Source: Octopus vulgaris
Lineage: Eukaryota
Direction of reading: 5' to 3'
DNA length: 64,000 bases
NCBI GenBank assembly: GCA_951406725.2
Contig: OX597814.1
Coordinates: forward strand, 35,526,001-35,590,000
Part shown: in pieces, positions 51,267-64,000 of the stretch
Position numbering within the stretch: position 1 is the first letter of the stretch
How the letters are laid out: each line of letters starts with the position of its first letter
The notes under the pieces: model-generated
Told to the model about the DNA's origin: nothing
The model's input: the letters and a program-made list of their open reading frames with translations, nothing else
Database searches by the model: none
Translations under genes and position numbers: made by a program

Positions 51267-51660
51267 TCTCTATATATATAAGGCTGAAGTCATCTGTGTA
51301 TGGCAGGTTTGGTAGCTTTCAACTAACACTATCTTCTCTGAGACCCTGTGGCGCAAGTTAACCAAAATTGAGAGTATGATAAAAGAAGGCTTGCTCTTCC
51401 TTCCGTAGAAGAAAAAATTCAAATCGGACCATGTTAACACCAAAAATTACTTATTACAAAAAAGTGCTTTTTTTTTCTATGAAAATTCCTATTTTTTACG
51501 ATTTTTTGACTGCTGTGTCGCCATTTTTCGGTGTATTTCAACCAGAAAAATGTTCACTTAAAGAGAATAACAAGGTGCATAATGCAAAATTTTTACTTTT
51601 CAAAAATTCCAATTCTAAAGGGTTGAAACAAACCCGAGCATCACCGGGCGATACTGCTAG
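51267..51660 (+). mobile_element. Non-autonomous Helitron (intact ends)
   Basis: A|TC start, CCCGAGCATCACCGGG hairpin, GATACTGCTAG|T end. Confidence 0.9.
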
Positions 51661-51881
51661 TAATATAAGAAAAGCTAAGTTTTTAAATGTACTTAGAAAA
51701 TTTTGAAAGGAAAATTTATTTTAGAGTTAATGTGAAGTTGATTTGTTTCTTGTCTGATGCTGTTGAGAGATATTTTACTTCAAAGAGTGAGATTTGAACT
51801 TGAAACTATCAAAACATAATACTAAATGATATAAGCAATTACAAAATATAAGATTAAAAGATTGGGAAAACTGGTTTCAAT

Positions 51882-52049
51882 AGGCGCAGGAGTGGCTGTG
51901 TGGTAAGTAGCTTGTTTACCAACCACATGGTTCCGGGTTCAGTCCCACTGTGTGGCACCTTGGGCAAGTGTCTTCTGCTATAGCCTCGGGCTGACCAAAT
52001 CCTTGTGAGTGGATTTGGTAGACGGAAACTGAAAAAGAAGCCCGTCGTA

Positions 52050-52137
<88 letters not shown>

Positions 52138-52358
52138 TGTGTGTGTTTGTGTGTCTGTGTTTGTCTCCCTAGCATTGCTTGACAACCGATGCTGGTGTGT
52201 TGATGTCCCCGTTACTTAGCGGTTTGGCAAAAGAGACCGATAGAATAAGTACTGGGCTTACAAAAGAATAAATCCTGGGGTCGAGTTGCTCGATTAAAGG
52301 CGGTGCTCCAGCATGGCCGCAGTCAAATGACTGAAACAAGTAAAAGAGTAAGAGTAAG
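51882..52358 (+). mobile_element. Full-length tRNA-derived SINE (family B)
   Basis: GGCGCAGGAGTGGCTGTGTGGT (A box), GGTTCAGTCCC (B-box-like), internal ~100-bp (TA)n, (AAGAGT)n tail. Confidence 0.9.
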
Positions 52359-52734
52359 GAGTTGTTTTTATTTTTCTGAATATTAAATTTTAATGATAAT
52401 TAGAAAGGAGAAGAAATAGTAAGGCCCATGGAGGGAAAAGATATGAAAAATAAGAGTAAATGAGATAAATATTTGAAAAAAAAAAATCTTTTGAGCAATG
52501 GTGGTGGTAAAACATGTATGTAAGACATGTAAGGAGACGTCAATTAATGAAAACATAGGCAGAAGCATGACTGTGTGATTAAGAAGTTTGCATCCCAACC
52601 ACATAGTTTCAGGTTCAGTCCCACTATGTGGCACCTTGGGTAAATGTCTTCTGCTCCAGTCCTAGGATGACCAAAGCCTTGTGAGTGGATTTAGAAGAAT
52701 GAAACTGAAAGAAGCCCAGGCTTGGTATATTTTG

Positions 52735-53100
52735 TCAACTCCCACAATGGAATATTACTCTTCCATCTATGATAGTGCTGCTACTCCACACACAGAATCC
52801 TACACAAGATCCAGAAAAGGCTACCCAATTGACTGGCACACTGGCACTCACATACACACTCCAACCTAGGGCCACATCTCTTCATGCTTTATCTATCACT
52901 ACTATAATGACCTCTGCTTCTTTTATCTGCCTGAATTCATGTCATGTCAAACCTATCTACTCTGACCAGCACATCCAATCCTTCTTTAACCTGTGGAATC
53001 TCCTTTCTGCCCTCATATCTTTTCCACATGGTTTGGCTTGCAATGGTTTAAGAAGAATATTAATACCATCGATCTCACTAGTCTCACAGCACATGTAAAG
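52735..53100 (+). mobile_element. CR1/Jockey-group LINE ORF2 C-terminal relic
   Basis: PTMEYYSSIYDSAA..., KIQKR, TLQP, FIYHYYNDLCF resemble the post-RT region. Confidence 0.55.
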
Positions 53101-54329
53101 GCTGTGAGTAATGTCACTTGCCCCTGACCCAGCAAATAAGAAATACTAAAACCGAATCCATTTTATCTATCATTGCTGTAGTCACCACAAGAAACTACAG
53201 TCATACATAAACAAACTATAGAGAGAGACTATTCTACTAAAACTACTTATTGTACAATAAGTCATCACTTGTTAGAGGGAACAGTGAGGTCTTTAACATG
53301 ACAGAGTTGTGAGATATCTGCAGCATTAAGTCTTTTGATCAATGTGGTCACTTGATCTGCTCAACATAAAAGCCAAATCTCTTTTGAATCACACCTTGAG
53401 ATTTAAAAGCGATTTGGCTACTTCTGTATTGAAGGAGAATTTAGATAATATAGTCTTACATAGCCCTAAAATGATAGAATTCTAACCATCAAAATATCTG
53501 CGAGCAAAGGTCTGCTCAGTTAGAACTGATATGTGCGTAAATAACAAAGACCACAACAATAAAAGCAAACTACAGGCCTTAGGTCTAGTTGATCGAGACT
53601 GACCAGATCCATGTAAACAAGGAAAATAACAACTTATTGAAGATCTATTTTTGTCCAGATGATATTTTAATTTCAATTTCCATATTTGAAAATCTTTGGG
53701 CTGCTTGTTTATAATTGAGACTAAGTTAATTTTATATTTATTTCTTGGTTTCATTCAATTTTAGATCTACTGCTTCATAGACGATAATATTCCTTTGATT
53801 TTATGTATCATCTCTAAAACTGTGATTTGCTATTACTCAATACACCTGAAGAATAATGAAAGTCAAGTAAACTTGAAAAGATGTGAAATCTCAGACTTCT
53901 AGCCATGATTAATGAGATGCTATTTACATAAGTAATTTAAGAAGCAATGCAATAAACTTGCAAAGCCAGAAGCAGTCTCACACACAATATATGTATGTAT
54001 ATACATATATAGAGGAGAATACACAGTATATATGCATATGTGTGTGCGTGTACATGTATATATATATATATATATACTCACACACATATACATATATCAC
54101 CGCAATCACCACCATCATATATTTTATATGTATTTTTGTTAGTTTTTAATAATATTTTCAAATATTTATATGTTGTACCTCTAGAGAAGAGTAATTTCTG
54201 AAAATCTTTAACACAAGAACTTGCTGAATAGTTGCAGATATATTTTAAATACGCACACACACATGTATATATATAGTGTGTGTGTGTGTGTGGCTGCTAC
54301 TGGTGTTGCATAACTAGCACCTGTGTTTT

Positions 54330-54535
54330 GAAGTGATGTGAGCATCATTTTCATAGAGGACAGATGGCATGGGAACCAAGCCTTAGGGGAATTTTAAAGT
54401 TGATGCTAACATCATTTTGGTAATAAAGTTCAAATATTTTTCACATCATACAAATGATATAGGGGTCATGACAATGTTTTAAAGGACTAAATTTTGAGTT
54501 TCTTGAGATGATTCCATGTTCTGTCAAATGCATCT
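54330..54535 (-). mobile_element. CR1/L2-group LINE C-terminal relic
   Basis: WNHLKKLKI*S...YIICMM*KI...NDVSINFK resembles YWxRLKxLKLxSLQRRRERYxI. Confidence 0.55.
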
Positions 54536-54719
54536 ATGTAAACAATGTGATCAAATATAGGAAAATAGGTAATAGGTGTATATGCATATTTCAGGAGTTC
54601 TTGCTCTCTCCTCAGCACTATATCCATGAATATATTGCTTAAATGACTATCAAATATAATAGTGTAACACAACAGGATATATCAGTTTTATGTAATAAAT
54701 GCATTTCTGGCAATTGGTA

Positions 54720-55290
54720 TATCATCATCATTGTTTAATATCTGTTTTCCATGATAGCATGGAAGGCTGCACCAGGCACCAGTCTGATCTGGCAGTGTTT
54801 CTACAGCTGGATGCACTTCCTAACACCAACCACTCCGTGAGTATAGTGGCTGCTTTTTATGTGCCAATGGCACAGGTGTCAGGGGAGGCTAGCAGTGGCC
54901 ACAATCAGTTGGTGCTTTTTACGTGCCACCAGCACAGAAGCCAGTCAAGGCAGCGCTGGCAGACGGTGCATTTTCCGTGCCACTAGCACAGATATCACAA
55001 CTACAATATCCATTTTATTTTTATTTTTATGATGTTGATGTACTTGACTCAATAAGTCTCATCAAGCACAGCAGATCACCCTACAATCCAAGGTAAGCAC
55101 AGCAGGCTGTCCTGTGATCCAAGGCACTTTGGATGGGCTGGGGCTGCTATGTGAAGCTGGTGCAGGAAACAGCCATGAACTCACGTTATTTGTCAGGTCT
55201 TCACAGTTACAGCATATATCTCCAGAGATCTCAGTCTTTCGTTATTGCCTCTGTGAGGCCCTACGTTCGAGGGTCATGCTTGACCACCTC
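54720..55290 (-). mobile_element. Family A RTE 3'-UTR element
   Basis: (CAT)n, GGTGCTTTTTACGTGCCACC units. Confidence 0.8.
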
Positions 55291-56050
55291 ATCGCTAATT
55301 GCTAGTAGGGATACCGTATTTCATTATGAAATCATTATATACTTTCTGGTATATTAAAGGCTTATAAACCAATATTGTGCCCCATCTATGTTAGCAGTGT
55401 GATTAAATCACTTTTTTTAGAAATCATTGCCAGTACTGAAAATACAAATACATCTACAAATGTGATTGAAGAAAAATAAATAATGGGTGAATATGCATAT
55501 TTCCAGAGACCTTGCTCCTTCTTCTGCACTGCATCTAACCTATTAACCATTTACAAAAACATTACTTAAATAGCCACAGAATATAGCAGTGTAACATTAG
55601 TGAATATACAAATTTTACATAAGAAACACAATCCTAGCAACTGGTACACATTAATTGCTGGTGTTTGGGCTAAATTTGATAGTTTGCATAAAAATGAAAG
55701 GAAAAATAATATACCATTAAAAAAATCAAGTATTTAAAAAATACTTGATTTAAAAATCAAAAAATATCAACTGCATTATGGTTAGTAGATAACAGTCTGC
55801 TCAAAATAACTGTACTCAGTTTCCATCATGGCCTCATGATGGCCCTAGAAATTGGAACATGTGTTCCATATTGCGTTCTGAGGAAGATATTCAAACACCT
55901 CTTAGATCAGGTAAAGTGGTTATTATGTTTTTCAACTGAATCCCTCACATAGTAATTCCTGAGATCAGGGGAGTAAAGATGCCAGATGTTATGGCTGGTA
56001 AAGTTGTAAAAATTTAATGACAACTGCATCTGACAATTTCTGGAAGTATA

Positions 56051-56349
56051 GCGGTACTGGCTACGTGGCCGTAGCCAGTACCGCATTGACTGGCCTCTGT
56101 GCTGGTGGCACGTAACAAACACCATCCGATCGTGGCCGTTCGCCAGCCTCGTCTGGCACCTGTGTCGGTGGCACATAAAATCACCCACTACACTCTCGGA
56201 GTGGTTGGCGTTAGGAAAGGCATCCAGCTGTAGAAACACTGCCAGATCTGACTGGCCTGGTGCAGCCTTCGGGCTTCCCAGACCCCAGTTGAACCGTCCA
56301 ACCCATGCTAGCATGGAAGCGGACGTTAAACGATGATGATGATGATGAT
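56051..56349 (+). mobile_element. Family A RTE-tail element
   Basis: Near-identical to the 29540-30012 segment. Confidence 0.88.
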
Positions 56350-57260
56350 AGCAAGGAACTAAATCCTGCTGCTTCACATTTGGCTTTCCATCAGCAACCC
56401 TCAACAGTTAGAATTTGATCATAGTCTCCAGCAGCTTCACATAGCTGCCTGAATTGAACTTAAAGCCCTGTTCAATAATATGAGATGGCATGATGTTATC
56501 TTCACTCAAACACCATGACAGATTGGGGAATCTGGTTTTCATGATACGTGGGTCATCACATGAATTGTTGACAAGCCGCCGGTTGTCCTGAATATTGTGC
56601 AACTGGTCCTCGCAGAAATTCTTATCATCTGAGAAAAACCAGATCATCCCTGGCTGAACAGAAATCCTAGGCCTGTTCAGGAGCTTCCTTGTCTTCATCA
56701 AGCAGTTTTTTTTTTTTACTTTGACAGGCAGACATTGTCCCTTGCATTTATTATACAAGTGGTAGTGAAGGTTCTCATTAAAGGCCAACTTCATGGTGGC
56801 AACTCCAACGCCTATCTCTTTCACCAAAGCCTGGATTCCCAAGCTCCATCATCCTGTTCTGCATTCCAGCATGTGGACACTGTCAGAATACCTATTTTTT
56901 TACTACCCACAAGGGGCTAAACACAGAGAGGACAAACAAGGACAGACAAACGGATTAAGTTGATTATATGGACCCCAGTGCGTAACTGGTACTTATTTAA
57001 TCGACCCCGAAAGGATGAAAGGCAAAGTCGACCTCGGCGGAATTTGAACTCAGAATGTATCGGCAGACGAAATACGGCTTCGCATTTCGCCCGGCGTGCT
57101 AACGTTTCTGCCAGCTCACCGCCTGTCAGAATACCTGCTGTGTCCCTTCCTACTGGCTATGGCTTTATGGTCTCTCTTGCAGCTGTCCATTACAGCCTTT
57201 ACAGTGTTCGCAGAGCATTGAGCAGGCAGCAGTCATAATGTTGGCATTTTGACACCAATC
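56350..57260 (-). mobile_element. maT/DD37D-like Tc1-mariner transposase relic interrupted by a SINE
   Basis: MIWFFSDDKNFCEDQLHNIQDNRRL...PRIMKTRFP...SEDNIMPSHIIEQGFKFNSGSY. Confidence 0.75.
56894..57123 (-). mobile_element. Young family C SINE with 14-bp TSD
   Basis: CTGTCAGAATACCT at 56880 and again immediately after the head (~57123). Confidence 0.9.
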
Positions 57261-57962
57261 ACAAATCATCATTATATGGCAATTTTTTTCCAATACTCAA
57301 ATGGCTTCTACAGTCCTCCTTGTCAGCTAACTTTTTTTTAGCTACATCTTTAATCTTTATATTCTCTAACACCTTTTGACTGTTCACCAATACAAGAAGC
57401 AGTTCCTAAAAAAAGGAGACATAAAAGATTGTCAAATGTAGCCCAAACACTATGTTCATGCATATATGTATATGAATGTACATATATATATATATATATA
57501 TAATCGGATATTGATTGATTTTCGTTACGTTACCCTCTGCCTGGATGAATAAGATTCAAGTATTATGGTTTCTCTAGTAGACTTTTTTAAGTAGAAGAAA
57601 TGGCTTAAATTTTGGCTGCTATTTCTGAACTTCGGTATGTGGTGATGCATTCCTTTGCTGATCCCTTAATATTAGTATATATATACATAAACAGCGAATA
57701 AGAAAACATATAAATCATGAGTAAATCACTCTCTTACCCCCACCCAGATATAATACTCAATTGCAAGATTGCCATACAATAACTAGCACTTGACTATGAA
57801 TAATTGTGAATAATTGGGTACACTACCAGCAGTATATTGGATAGGTACTATCCCTTAGTTGGTTTCTCAACCTCTAACTCGCACAGAAATATATATGTAT
57901 GTATGTATATATAGATAGATATAGATATACATTCATACATACATACATGCATACAATCATAC

Positions 57963-57999
<37 letters not shown>

Positions 58000-58275
58000 A
58001 CTTATAATGTTTGATGTTTGTTGTCCTCTTTAACAAGTATAATTCTGCTGCATCAGAAATCTGCAATGGCTCCATAACTACCATTTTGGCTATAACCTTG
58101 AAGCCCTAGTAATCCATTATAGCACTTACTTAGCATACCTAATCGTTTAGATCACTATGAACTAAATCCCCATACTTTCTGTATCTCTCTCTCTCTCTCT
58201 CTATGTATATAGTCGCCATGATAGATCGTTAGCCACTACACACATTTTTTTTCTCTCCTTTTTTTTTCTGTGTCC

Positions 58276-58311
58276 CTTTCTGTAGAAGAGCGTAGGCTTA
58301 AAACGTAAAAG
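58276..58311 (+). ncRNA. Degenerate minimal hammerhead motif in a (TA)n-flanked ~190-bp element
   Basis: CUUU CUGUAGA A GAGC-GUAG-GCUU AAAA CG UA AAAG. Confidence 0.45.
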
Positions 58312-58398
58312 ACTTTTTCTATTCCTGAGTATTATACTAATACATCTGTTTGTTTTGTACACCACCTGTCTTCGTCTTTTGTTTTTTTTGTAAACTCT

Positions 58399-58445
<47 letters not shown>

Positions 58446-58504
58446 AAGTGTAACAGGTACAAATTGGGACAAATTTCAAATGGGTATATTTGTAATTGTA
58501 TAGG

Positions 58505-60806
58505 TTTTGTTGGTGACTAAATTTTAAATATTGGTTTTTGCAGTCATTTTTGTATGTTTGTCATTCAATTTGGTAATCAGGTTATTCAAAGTCACGATAA
58601 AAATTAACGACATGAAGTTAGTCATTCAAATTCATTTTGTGATCATTCAATTTGACACTTCGGTCAAAGAATTTAGCATTTACATCATTCAAATTAAAAT
58701 GCCTGTCAAGAGCATTCAAATTAGTCAGAATGCAAGGAAGCATCTTTCTGACCATTCAAATTTATTTTGGAGCAATCTGTTTAACACTTTGAGCAATCAA
58801 ATTAGCACAATAGCTGTTTTGGTTATATCTCATGGTCATTGTTATCATAATCATGTGTTTTTATCCAATGCTTATGCTTTAATCTCTCTATTGTGCTCAT
58901 GTCTTTTCTATGTATTCTTTTATTTTTGCATGGGTACATGTGTTTATTGCTAAAGACTTCATGAAATCGCATTCCAGCCTTTATGATTTTTTTAAAGAAA
59001 CAATTACAACAAATGCTCATTTGCTTTCATTTTGAATACATTATGCTGTGATATTTGTTCTTCCTTTGCAAAATATGTCGTGTTGAGAAAAGTATAGATT
59101 TCTTTAATTTTGCATTTTTTCTTTCATCAGGAAAAGGGCGCTGTGTACACTTCAGATAATTATTGATTTCCAGTCTTTATAAGGAGAGTTCATTTAAGAG
59201 GATTTAGCTATCTATTTCCTGGCAGTCTAGGCATTTCGGTAGGTAGGTCTGGGGGTGTTTATACCAATGAACACAATTTTCTGGAGTGACAGCATCGATG
59301 TTACACTTTATGACTTGTATGGTATGTGCTTGCTATTCTTCCATGGTCATGCCAGCTTCTTCTGCAGTTGCCCAGTTGTCAACCTTTGCTGCAACTTAGC
59401 TCAAGCAAGGTCCCACTTGACAGCTACCTTAAAGGCAGCATGTGCCATTTCCATACAGTTAAGAAATGGCGAATAGGGAGCAAGGGGTTTCAGACTGATC
59501 TGTAGGCCAGCATCAGCTGGGAGTTTTTTATAAACATGTGGCTGCATATTGTCGTAGATCAAGTAGATGGATTCAGCTGATGGAAAGGTGTTGGCATATA
59601 CTCAAACTGCTTCCACCAAGAACTCGTCAAAAGAATTTCATGTAACAGTATCGTGTGCAATAGAGTGGTGAACCAGGCCAATTTCTCCTGACATTACAAA
59701 AGTGATGTTGCAGTTTTTCCCACACTGACTGTTGACAACTCAGTGAACAGGATCATCACTTCAAGGGAATCATCCAAAAGACTGCCTGGTCCAAATGTTG
59801 TACCTACATTCATCAATGAATATACAATGGCTGATAACTCCATCTTCCATGAACCAATGCGTGTACTCATAATACTTTTCCAGAGTTCTTGGGGCATTTC
59901 TTGCATTTGGGATGTCTTCAGCCAACTTCATAGTTATCAACATCCCATCTAGAGCCCATGAGATTACAGATATGGAAACAGGCAGCTTTCTGGGAAATGC
60001 TACCTCTAGGTCCCACTTCATATGTCGAAGGTTTGCGAGTGGGTCGGCATCAATGATCACCTAAAGCCTGACTCACATTTCCCCATTCTTATCATGGTGG
60101 ACACCACCACTGAGCAACTTGTGGCACCTCCTGGATTGTAGGTAGATTGCTACTATGGACTGGGCTGCACTCTTTTTAATACCTGGTGTGTCTTCCAGTT
60201 GCAGGTAATCAGTTTGATGCTTCTTGAAGGCAGCAACCAGCCTTGCCCTATCTTCATCTCATATACACATGCACCTTACATTTGGTTCGATGATTACAAG
60301 ATGTTGTAAGACAAAGGGACATAAAATGCAACTGATACCAACCGGTTATGAATGTTGCAATGAAAATGACTTTCATGGGCAGAAGAACCACGTAATTTAT
60401 TTCTTCCCTGTAGCTATAATAACAATAAAATTTGCATAACAAAACATGTCTTTTAAATTTGTCTTTTTTAACATTCACTTCTTAGAATGTGAGTAAAAAA
60501 CACACATGTAAAATTAGCACTAAATTGAATAGACTTATTCCAAACCTAAATGCTCATGTGCGAATTTGAATGCCCAGAAGGATACTTTCTCATATTCTGA
60601 CTAATTCGAAAGTTCTTGACAGGCATTTTAATTTGAATGATGTAAAGGCTAAATTCTTTGACCAAAGTGCAAAATTGAATGATCGAAAAATGAATTTGAA
60701 TGACTAAATTTATAGCGCTAATTTTTCCGTGACTTTGAATGACCTGATTATTGAACTGAATAACAAACGTATAGAAATGACTGCAAAACCCTATATGACC
60801 AACAAG
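58505..60806 (-). mobile_element. IS630/Tc1-like transposon with ~260-bp TIRs and decayed DD33E transposase
   Basis: 58505-58770 inverted vs 60555-60806; minus-strand CIFIDECRYNIWTRQSFG, LIYDNMQPH, PYSPFLNCME. Confidence 0.85.
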
Positions 60807-60865
60807 AATAATCACTTGTACTATTTTGTATTTCAGATTGAACAAACTAGGAATGTTAATAAACG

Positions 60866-61020
60866 TGTGGTAAGTAACTTGCTAACCAACCACATGGTTC
60901 CGGGTTCAGTCCCACTGCGTGGCATGTTGGGCAAGTGTCTTCTACTATAGCCCCGGGCCGACCAATGCCTTGTGAATGGATTTGGTAGACGGGAACTAAA
61001 AGAAGCCCGTTGTATATATG

Positions 61021-61056
<36 letters not shown>

Positions 61057-61284
61057 GGTTTGTGTGTGTGGGTTTGTGTGTCTGTGTTTGTCCCCCTAGC
61101 ATTGCTTGACAACCGATGCTGGTGTGTTTACGTCCCCGTCACTTAGCGGTTCGGCAAAAGAGACCGATAGAATAAGTACTGGGCTTACAAAGAATAAGTC
61201 CCGGGGTCGATTTGATCGACTAAAGGCGGTGCTCCAGCATGGCCGCAGTCAAATGACTGAAACAAGTAAAAGAGTAAAGAGTAA
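60866..61284 (+). mobile_element. Family B SINE
   Basis: Near-identical to 51895-52358. Confidence 0.9.
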
Positions 61285-61299
61285 ATAAACTATAGATTT

Positions 61300-61985
61300 G
61301 TAATTGCTGAATTATTCTGCACTGGCAAAAGTGCTGAGGAGATTGTTGGAGCCACAAAGTATGCTAAATCTACTGTTTTAGAGTTGTAGCCAATTTGAAG
61401 AAAAGTTGGCATGTTTGGAGAAAGCCTTACAGTCCCTGTAGTGACTGAAAATGCACACTTTGTGTCTTAAAGATTAATTGTCGAACCCATCAAAATCAAT
61501 GGTAAAGTTTGCTCAAGATTGAGGAATCCAGCTTCCATTATGGTCTTTGGAGTTGTTGCTAGTGATGGAAAATTGATGCCTCCACATTTTATTGAAATGG
61601 TTTTTAAAATCAACACAGCAGAGTATCTCAAAATCTTAGAAGTTATGTTGCCTTGGATTAGGAAGCATTATGATGCAAGTTGAGTCATGTTTGTTCAGAA
61701 CTCTGCAACAGTCCATACTTTGAAAAGAGTGCAAGAATTTTTGAAGAAGGAATTGCCCATGTTTGTCCCTAAAGATATCTGGCCCTCTAGCTCATCAGAT
61801 TTAAATCCGTGTGAGTTTTGGCTATTGGATCTGAGCAATATCCAACGCAACTTATCACAACTGTGTGTCTTTACTGAAGCCTTCAATCAAGTGAGCATTC
61901 AGTAAAATGAAAAAGGAAGAAATAATTAAGGCATGTGCATCGTTTTGTAAATAGATTGAACTGGCAAAGGTCACATTGAACTGAA
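61300..61985 (+). mobile_element. maT/DD37D-like transposase relic
   Basis: PASIMVFGVVASDGKLMPPHFIE...FVQNSATVH...IWPSSSSDLNPCEF; 37 residues between the second and third catalytic positions. Confidence 0.8.
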
Positions 61986-62029
61986 CTAGGTGCACGTAAA
62001 TGCACCTCCATGTCACGTAAATGGCACAT

Positions 62030-62224
62030 GAGCCAGTGGCATGTAAAAGCACCCACTTCACTCTCAGAGTGGTTGGCATTAGGAAGGGCATCCAGCTGTA
62101 GAAAAATATGCCAAATCATACTGGAGTCTGGTGCAACCTTCCAGCATGCCAACCCATTCAAAATATTTCCAACTCATGCCAGCATGGACAGCGGACATTA
62201 AATGATGATGATGATGATGATGAT
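62030..62224 (+). mobile_element. Family A RTE-tail fragment
   Basis: GAGTGGTTGGCATTAGGAAGGGCATCCAGC...(ATG)n. Confidence 0.8.
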
Positions 62225-63013
62225 ATATAATGGTTGCATCAGTCTCATGTTACTCAGAATTTTGCCTATGGGAGCATGGAATCTTCAATTTAGTTTTGAA
62301 GGTAATGATGGAACTTAAAAAACACACATGCATATACGTATGTATATATGTATGTATATATGTATGTACATATGTATGTATATAAAAGAACACAAGTGGG
62401 GTTCAAACATCACAGTAGCTGTTTCAACAGCATTTTATTGATGCATTCTTTGATTTCTTTATAGCAAAAACCTACCATCACGAAGTAAATTTTAAGCACA
62501 TAAACAGGAAGATAGAAATAGAAAATGACCCATCCACTCACTACTATATAAATAGATATGTGTGTATATATATACATACTTACAGTATATTACTAACATA
62601 CAACAAGTAAGAGTTGCTTTAAATATTGTGAGCTCAATTCTAAGTACCCAGCCATTCTTGGCATCCAAAATGTTGATATACCTTGATTCCAATGAATTCC
62701 GTAACTAATCTTCATACATACATACATACTAGGTTTTGTTAGTAAATGCTTAAAGGAGAATCAGGACAAACTGGGATTTTCAGAAGGAGAAATCGATCAG
62801 TTAATTTGTACATTACAAGTGTGATCTGTGAGTGGAACAGCAAAAACATGCAAGACTTTTCTCAAGTTCCAAGTGTAAATTTGTCAGTGTTAACTACATC
62901 CCAAAGATGGAGCTTTGTATCTTTATTGGAAACCAGCTCCCTACTCAGTGGAAGATTATAATAATAAAAAAAATAGAAGAGACATACATACATACATAAG
63001 TATATATATACAT

Positions 63014-63044
<31 letters not shown>

Positions 63045-63134
63045 ATGATAAAATACTAAGACCTTTGGCATTATTCCGTGTATGAGGAGAAGACTCATCA
63101 AGCCAAGTAAAATCATAGTTATGACATACTGGTG

Positions 63135-63293
63135 TCTCAGAGTAGTTGGCATTAGGAAGGGCATCCAGCCTTAGAAACCACACCAAATCAGACTGGAGTC
63201 TGGTACAACCTTCCAGCTTGCCCAGTCCTGGTCATACCATCCAACCTATGCCAGCATGGACAACAGATGTTAAATGATGATGATGATGATGAT
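63135..63293 (+). mobile_element. Family A RTE-tail fragment
   Basis: Same tail motif and (ATG)n. Confidence 0.8.
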
Positions 63294-63384
63294 AATCTAC
63301 TACATATATGGAAAAGCAGTGTGTGTTTGTTTGTGGTGTTGTTATCTAACTCTTCCTACATCATTTTATTGATTTTGATAAAAC

Positions 63385-63825
63385 TTGACACATGAATAGA
63401 ACTCATCTCTGGAAACCTCACGACATACTTAAATTATTGATAAAATCGATAATACAGACCGTGGAAGGGACCTTTATATCTACCTCATATAACTAATACT
63501 TTTTTAAACACCCAAGGGAAATAACCCATACCATCTGCACAATATTTTTCTAAACACTTCAGGGAAATAACCCATTTCATTGTTTATATTCGATTACTTT
63601 GAATATTGCCTTTTTTTTGTGTGTCCAATTTCTCGATTTTTGCAGACAATATCACTTTTTTACTTTATTTGACACATGAGTAGAACTCATGTCTGGAAAC
63701 TTCGTGACATATTTAGATTGCTGAAAAATTCGATAACAGGGCCCATCCAATAGATCCTCCTGTCTACTACATATTACTAATATTATATTTAAACAATCCA
63801 AGGGAAATAACCCATACCACCTGCA
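63385..63825. repeat. Diverged ~285-bp-period tandem duplication
   Basis: TTGACACATGARTAGAACTCAT...CCAAGGGAAATAACCCATACCA at ~63385-63540 and ~63670-63825. Confidence 0.75.
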
Positions 63826-64000
63826 GTTTTTAGTGAAATGATCAATATTTGATTCTCACGATCAGCCGACTTAATTCTGCATTTCACTACTCACAGTTTG
63901 GAACTGCTAAACGTTATTATTGCACTTCCTTAATTTGAATCTCTTCATTCATACATTTCTATACATGCATACTTTTCTGAATGCCCATTACTCTGATAAT

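Noticed and set aside
53842-53885. CUGAAGA...GAAA hammerhead-like spacing (also ~20515-20545 and ~62405-62445)
   Set aside because: Stems or core too degenerate to support a call.

Overview
AT-rich, microsatellite-dense eukaryotic DNA, intronic or intergenic. The repeat families resemble those I recall from coleoid cephalopod (Octopus-like) genomes; this is an inference. No intact protein-coding gene can be assembled, and almost every ORF in the track is translated microsatellite or a decayed transposon. The window holds RTE, R4/Dong-like, CR1/Jockey-group and Penelope-like (PLE) retroelement relics. It also holds mariner (DD34D), maT-like (DD37D) and a long-TIR IS630/Tc1-like (DD33E) DNA transposon, non-autonomous Helitrons, three tRNA-headed SINE families and many RTE-3'-tail elements. 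The most notable signal is a set of small non-coding elements carrying minimal type-I hammerhead ribozyme (HHR) folds. One is fused to a tRNA-like Pol III head (21161-21435), and others sit in or between long inverted repeats embedded in (TA)n. Other observations: a tandem array of predicted compact pseudoknots in the RTE 3' UTR, a templated capture of local DNA inside a Helitron, and a few isolated exon candidates with strong splice sites that may belong to an unidentified large gene. Repeat boundaries are read by eye and approximate.
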